Of a DNA stretch of 37,378 bases, positions 34,901 through 37,378 are shown one piece after another. The stretch lies in contig JAUNQM010000001.1 in NCBI GenBank assembly GCA_030536165.1, forward strand, positions 251 to 37,628, written 5' to 3'. Made by a program: the position numbers and the translations under genes. Source of the DNA: Prevotellaceae bacterium (GTDB taxonomy: Bacteria > Bacteroidota > Bacteroidia > Bacteroidales > Bacteroidaceae). How positions within the stretch are numbered: the stretch's first letter is position 1; each line of letters opens with the position of its first letter. Under the pieces are notes generated by a model. The model saw only the letters and a list, made by a program, of their open reading frames with translations, was not told the DNA's origin and searched no databases.

Positions 34901-36954
34901 CGTCCTGTCGAACCGCTGGTGTATATGAGGTAAGCAAGGTCTTCTGGCGAAATCTCTACCTCAGGGTTTGCTGTGCTGTATTTCTCGTTCTTGTAAATAT
35001 CGTCTATGTCGATAACCTTATCAGCGTCGTAGTTGGCAATGTAATCCTTAGTGGTAATCACATATTGCGCCTCGGAGTCTGTCATGATAAGGCTGATACG
35101 GTCTGTTGGGTATGCTGGGTCGCAAGGTATATAAGCCGCACCTGTCTTGCTCACACCAAACATCGACACAATTACTGCCGAAGTTCTTGGCAGCAGCAAT
35201 ACTACGCGGTCGCCACGCTTCACGCCACGCTCCATGAGTGCCCACGCAATGCGGTTCGCCTCCTCGTTGAATTGCCTGAATGTCAGCGTGCAGTCCTTGG
35301 CAATCAATGCCACGGCATCTGGCATTTCAACCGCATTCTTTTCTATTGGCTGATGATGCAGTTTGAGTGGCACATCGGCTTGTGCTGTCTGTCGGAACGA
35401 TGCTACCACTTCTTTCTGTTCTGCAGGGAGGATAGAGATGTCAGCCAACGTCTTTGCTTCGCACAACGAAATCGAAGCGGCTATCACCATATCCAGAAGT
35501 TGCTGCATGTCAGCCTCGCTATACAGTGTGGCATCATAGTTTATCTCGAAAGTCTTCTTTCCGCCAGCATGGGTGATAACGCTCATCTTCAATGGAACCT
35601 TTGCCGTGTCGAGCGAAACCTCAACCTGTTCGTAATTCGCAAGTCTTCCTTCCTCGCTGTCGTTTGCAAGGCTTTCTGCGCCTGCAGCGTCTTGGAACAC
35701 ATACATAATGTCTGCCTTCAGACCATTCCTTTTCACCACTTCAGCGAAAGGATAGAAGCCACGCTGCACTGCACCGAGATATTGTTTTTCCAATCCCTCG
35801 GCATATTCCTCGACCACAATACCAGAGGCTTTTCCCTCAGGTAAAGTGCTCACGATAGGCACTGTCTTGACAAACATGCCTATTGTCCCCATCAGTTCAG
35901 CACGGCTACGACCATTGTTTATGGTTGTGATGACCAGACTATCTTCGCGAGTCACGCGGTGCAACACCTGCATGAAGGCTGACATATAGAAGGAATTTTC
36001 GCTCACGCCTCGCTTATCGCAGAACGCATCAATACCTTGTCCGTCAATTGTCTTGTGCAATTCTGCATTACTGTTTTCGAGGTTTTTATCTAGAACGCTC
36101 GAATGAGGATAGGCTATCGATTCAACTCCCTTTACCAAATCGTCGAACCACTTCTCTGCCTCCTGGTAAGCCTCACCATTGCGCAGTTCTTCTTCCTCCA
36201 GTGCATAGTCATATGAACTCAGCATCTCTGACTCAACTTCGCCACCCATATAGGCGCGGGCAATAGCTTCGTCGAGGATTATTCCTGACACACCGTCGAA
36301 CACGATATGGTGAACATCAATAAAGAGATACACACTCTCTGGTGTCTCTATCACCTCCGCACGACAAAGACTGTCCTCTTTCAGGTTGAACGGACGCACC
36401 TTCTTCTGGAAGTATTCATTGTCTGGCTCGAAGTCCAACGTAGCATATCCTGCCTCAATCTGAGCATCCTCGTGTGGATATTGCACCACCTCGTCGTCCT
36501 TCATGCCGAAGGTCGTCTTCAGCACTGCGAACGTATTCACAGCTTTATTCACAGCCTCTTGCAGTCGTCTGCCAAAGTCGTTGCTGTTGCTTCCGAGGCT
36601 CTTTTTCGCGTACTTCCTTATCATCGGAATATTGTACTGCGTGGTCTCAGGGTTCATTTCCCAGTCGAAATAGATGCCTAACTGGTTGCCGGCAAGCGGA
36701 TAGAACTCGCGTTTCTCTTTCCGTGCGCCGACCATCGTCAGGAAGTCTTCTTCCGTCAAGAGTATGTCCTCGCCGTCGCGGAAATAGCCATCGGCAAGGA
36801 GATTGCTGTAAAACACGCGGGCGATTTTTTCCTTACTCAGGTTGTCGCCGAACTGTTCTACCGACAGATTGATTTCATTGTTGTCGTCGCGGAAATAACC
36901 GTCCGCAATCAGCGTATCGTACAGATTCGCTATGTTCTGTTCTATCTTTGTCAT
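25921..36954 (-). CDS. Non-ribosomal peptide synthetase 1: N-repeat-C-A-T-C-A-T-E-C-A-T-tail
   Basis: C domains HHIVFDG, HHLISDG and HHIIIDGWC; three A domains with YTSGSTG(R/K)PKG, YGPTE and NGK; T domains VGLSSI, LGGDSI and LGLTSL; E domain HHMAVDGVSW/EGHGRE/RTVGWFT/PNKGLGYG. Confidence 0.96.
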   Translation of the reverse strand: MTKIEQNIANLYDTLIADGYFRDDNNEINLSVEQFGDNLSKEKIARVFYSNLLADGYFRDGEDILLTEEDFLTMVGARKEKREFYPLAGNQLGIYFDWEMNPETTQYNIPMIRKYAKKSLGSNSNDFGRRLQEAVNKAVNTFAVLKTTFGMKDDEVVQYPHEDAQIEAGYATLDFEPDNEYFQKKVRPFNLKEDSLCRAEVIETPESVYLFIDVHHIVFDGVSGIILDEAIARAYMGGEVESEMLSSYDYALEEEELRNGEAYQEAEKWFDDLVKGVESIAYPHSSVLDKNLENSNAELHKTIDGQGIDAFCDKRGVSENSFYMSAFMQVLHRVTREDSLVITTINNGRSRAELMGTIGMFVKTVPIVSTLPEGKASGIVVEEYAEGLEKQYLGAVQRGFYPFAEVVKRNGLKADIMYVFQDAAGAESLANDSEEGRLANYEQVEVSLDTAKVPLKMSVITHAGGKKTFEINYDATLYSEADMQQLLDMVIAASISLCEAKTLADISILPAEQKEVVASFRQTAQADVPLKLHHQPIEKNAVEMPDAVALIAKDCTLTFRQFNEEANRIAWALMERGVKRGDRVVLLLPRTSAVIVSMFGVSKTGAAYIPCDPAYPTDRISLIMTDSEAQYVITTKDYIANYDADKVIDIDDIYKNEKYSTANPEVEISPEDLAYLIYTSGSTGRPKGVMLRHVGITNYLYNHPANVHIAGLKRLGVKTYVSITTLSFDMSLKEFAGSLYNGITTVLADEQEVIDPILLAKLMNETGAEAINGTCSRIQSYLELPEFCDAISRCKMVWSGGEMYPQSLLEKLQSLGVEIINTYGPTEITVSSNIANLTNAKRVTVGRPLLNYVEYIVDKFDREVPIGIAGELLIGGPGVARGYNNLPEMTAERFVEYNGVRVYRSGDLARWTADGEVEILGRIDNQVKINGFRVELGEIETQAETIEGIQKAIAVVKKISGMDHLILYYTVADGAAITAEKIEEALRGTSLAEYMIPDIYMQIDEVPLTPNGKTNVKALPEPQMKAEEIVMPRNEQEQKMWNLIAEMLGTKEFGVETNLVSVGLSSIAAIRLSAIFARNDIQLSTRDIMKHPVISQLVKTAYGIVVAEENPLQPHEMREWYPMSETQKGMYFDCIVHPDAIMYNIPSVSTFVDVDSNRLINAVKEVFYAHPYLNCRLKEHDGEVMQHRDDTLEPIITEVTLDTRPDEAFFQSQVRPFDLMNDPLYRFTIFHYKNETSLLIDIHHLISDGTSNQVLAFELKKAFEGKPLEKEVYTAYDRAIDEKELIESERGKEAETYFDTLLDGVETTDYPHSSTLDEGKRYDTISTDIVSAEINKYCKENLLLPSSFFMSVFHAVLHRLTREDKTLIHFISNGRAELKLDNFFGVFVKTLPSVCTDFKRPMAEIVKDIDTQMRNTIDNDFYPFEEMVARHDIGVNIVYNYFVDLETDIVLDNQAGNYGNLNWDTAKNPLSITILSNDKGEYQSFLEYDATIYNRKDMETLSMAFKTFAENCVKGNVATAVPLISASEAERIIRQSQGDELVYDKNDTFVSLFLAQAERRKDVVAVSDGKSSYTYGELDALSNALAKKLLDTVGENTGQHPFMSIMLGYEINFLVAALAVERAGYAYVPLDYDYPNDRLLYMLEDSESQVLITSHNIYNEKTSQGDDFTAKNIIFIDDLKTETKNLKPETLNLATPDGLAYMIYTSGSTGKPKGVMIPHRAKTSFIHFIAKLFHHTENSRICCHSSFSFDASVEDLYPVLTVGGTLYVVPQEARKDIDVLHSFIIDNGITGGGYSTQFGMLLLQQYPDMELDYFNVGGEKMTMNLPCKCDLYNSYGPTEFTVDATIYKLEPNREYSNIPIGRPLDNTAAYVVDKYGNLMPDGVAGELCMAGIQMAAGYWNRQDLTEEKFNTLLIGGKNVKVYHTGDLVRYNEEGQLEYLGRIDSQVKLRGFRIELGEIESQIASYGGVQLVKVLVKTVNGVQHLVAYYSADTNIDTASLDEHLSAQLTDYMVPDVYMQLDEMPLTPNGKVNTKALPEPVIEQTEYVEPVGEKEIAVAECISQVLNTDSKVGAMDNFFSLGGDSIKSIRLVSMLRQKGIQLTVADVMKHKTVKAIAASAEIGAESNIAQETVTGEILPGAIQRYFFNMNLPHAEHFNQSVAIESATPINIDALCKSLDAVAIHHDMLRMRAEDGKIFINDTDHTLYNFAELTISSKDEITEHAGKMHAAIDLRHGPVMKVGVYHLPASDVLVLICHHMAVDGVSWRVITEDLILAYNQLIAGKEVSLPKKTHSFKYYTEAIQRYRDSYKLSLEKPYWENVQRKMTTLPQGGGSAEHFSRFNIQYSNDCLSHLLTDAHDAYNTTENDLLIAAFLRSYRNVTGNDSASLMMEGHGREPIHEPLVTDRTVGWFTSMYPVVVEGLNGDVRHDVRLVKETFRAVPNKGLGYGILQYIPSLDDDTNLRTDLTECLGFNYLGDVKSADTMGDFKIADAVDTGLSVNTEGETGVTYMINCTIIEGVFDINVDYDTKVYTPQQARAIADGFCRQLEEIVSHTLSVKATEPTASDLGAIGWTDAQYESISRQYADRGETIQRIYPLTPMQEGILLEYMNDPKTSAYVLINRYELSILPTEQQVRYALDVIAAKHEVFRTSIIYRGVDAPCQAIIDRKLGLRYIDISYEGDILATSERIHREELAASFDLQSSPLYRVVVLKTSDTSCHILLITHHIIIDGWCQPIYFQDFLGALLDAMAGNEHPIVAAASGRYEEAVRNLLAFDKKSSLAYWKELMADYTDKAIIPYSYKPETEAVRIARSLTLDIDSDTMQQLHDICSRHQITLNTIMEYVWGTTLHIFNNNSDAIFGKVVSGRNHGDVADLVGLFINTIPVRVRTEDNTTVLSALQSLQQQAADSAAHDYCSLAEIQQQSSLRSNLLQSTLIFENYAGKDTVNAIGEKMNIRPLQNDEEIFNELRLVIALDDANMSMSINMMYDGNLYSDRRMQTVMQTMQHLLTSLPSAIDSKVAETSLMSEADKAEVIRLSKGKDMPFDYSKTYLDYFIAKAHEVPDNLAVDDDTRQLTYAELEHRSNLLAHKLIEKGAHKQSFIGVMIERSIDFPTSVFAIHKAAAAYLPLDLEYPVERLAYMLENSEAPILITTHDVFDTKRGTAGFDMLQTMLDNGKILFLDEIDWTEDYKPINLCTPDCYTYIIYTSGSTGKPKGVVLHHLGLMSYILSTTEELQLTPSDRISSHRSFSFDSHIEDLYPILLLGGSLHIMPSSIRKDLQAVYDFVVRHNITGGGYTTSIAALIANNFELPVRYISAIGEKLTGVISRKAQILNFYGPTECTDHISVFPMEENKEYADIPIGHVVANSWCFIVDNHGRLVPYGAIGELCIAGIQVGVGYWHLPEQTAKVYGDCPFVDKNINGTPVRLYHTGDLARYDDNGQLLCLGRIDGQVKVRGYRIELGEIESVAMATQGINEVVAAVKKVNGTAMIALYYTVVDAATTDTDIMKVVEASALPDYMYPSAYMKLDEMPRLPNGKINRRALPEPEIAADEYIAPSNDIERRLAEGLEEMLKVERISVQSNLLSLGLTSLLAMRLSMAITQGHNVRVTVADIMKAPTIRQIANLVERSAEKTAAPKTNALFNKRSETPQPSGAPKANPLAAKPNPLAPKANPLKKNPLSK

Positions 36955-37060
36955 ACTTTTTTATGTATATGTGTTGTTTTGTCGTGCTATCTCCTTTCAT
37001 CGCTCGTGCTTAACACGAGGGGGCAGTCGGGAGGGAATTTTTTTCACTCTTTGTGAAATT

Positions 37061-37130
37061 TTTTGCCAAAATGCAGGACTTTTTTTGCAAAATGGCTCAT
37101 ATTTGCGCGCGCGTAATTTAATAAGGTGTA
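37061..37130 (+). repeat. Dispersed GCAGGACTTTTTT..GGCTCAT..GCGCGCGTA..AATAAGGT element
   Basis: Colinear match to 4361-4433. Confidence 0.7.
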
Positions 37131-37170
37131 TCGCGGCATTTTATGGTCGATAATCAGTCATCAATAAAAT

Positions 37171-37271
37171 CAGCCCTTCACACCTGAGGAGTGACAAGCG
37201 TAACACCTAAGGTGTGACCACCCCTAACACCTGAGGTGTGACGGCAGAAACACCTAAGGTGTGGAGGGCTG
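37171..37271 (+). repeat. Palindrome-array cassette copy 3 (4 x ACACCTNAGGTGT)
   Basis: Units at 37180 (one mismatch), 37203, 37227 and 37250 with 10/11/10-nt spacers, flanked by CAGCCCTTC...GGAGGGCTG. Confidence 0.9.
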
Positions 37272-37378
37272 GGATATGCCTTGAGTTTGTTTATGCGTTG
37301 CATCATCCAAATGGGTTCTTAAGGCCCCACCCTAACCAGCGGCTAAAGCCTCCTTCTTTGTTGACCTAAAGGTCAAGT

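Noticed and set aside
17611-36872. Numerous plus-strand ORFs up to 375 aa within the NRPS genes
   Set aside because: Antisense shadows of the NRPS coding frames, with no independent protein features.
36932-37153. 73-aa plus-strand ORF upstream of NRPS1
   Set aside because: It spans a dispersed repeat and overlaps the NRPS1 start, and does not resemble MbtH or any family I recognise.

Overview
Bacteroidales (Prevotella-like) chromosomal window; every credible gene is on the minus strand. Read in transcription order (right to left): two large NRPS genes (3677 aa, C-A-T-C-A-T-E-C-A-T; about 2880 aa, C-A-T-E-C-A-T-pseudoT-TE). The second overlaps a MacAB-TolC-type exporter (ABC ATPase, two permeases, membrane fusion protein, TolC). 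Next come the core mreB-mreC-mreD-mrdA-rodA operon and a secreted GH137-GH2-malectin glycosidase that runs off the left edge and is missing from the ORF track. The most unusual protein features are in the NRPSs. Both start with the same unrecognised acidic 2x37-aa tandem repeat (LYxNLLxDGYFRD). The upstream NRPS ends in a basic KxNPL x4 tail, so the two form a candidate new docking pair. The thioesterase has Cys at the nucleophile position (GYCLG) and is preceded by a serine-less carrier-like domain. The intergenic DNA carries several dispersed palindromic elements. Three copies of an 80-100-bp cassette hold 13-bp palindromes ACACCTNAGGTGT at a 23-24 bp period inside terminal inverted repeats. 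An architecturally similar AAGTTTTGCAAAACTT x3 cassette (22-bp period) lies between the NRPS genes. No tRNA, rRNA, transposase, cas or PPTase gene was recognised.
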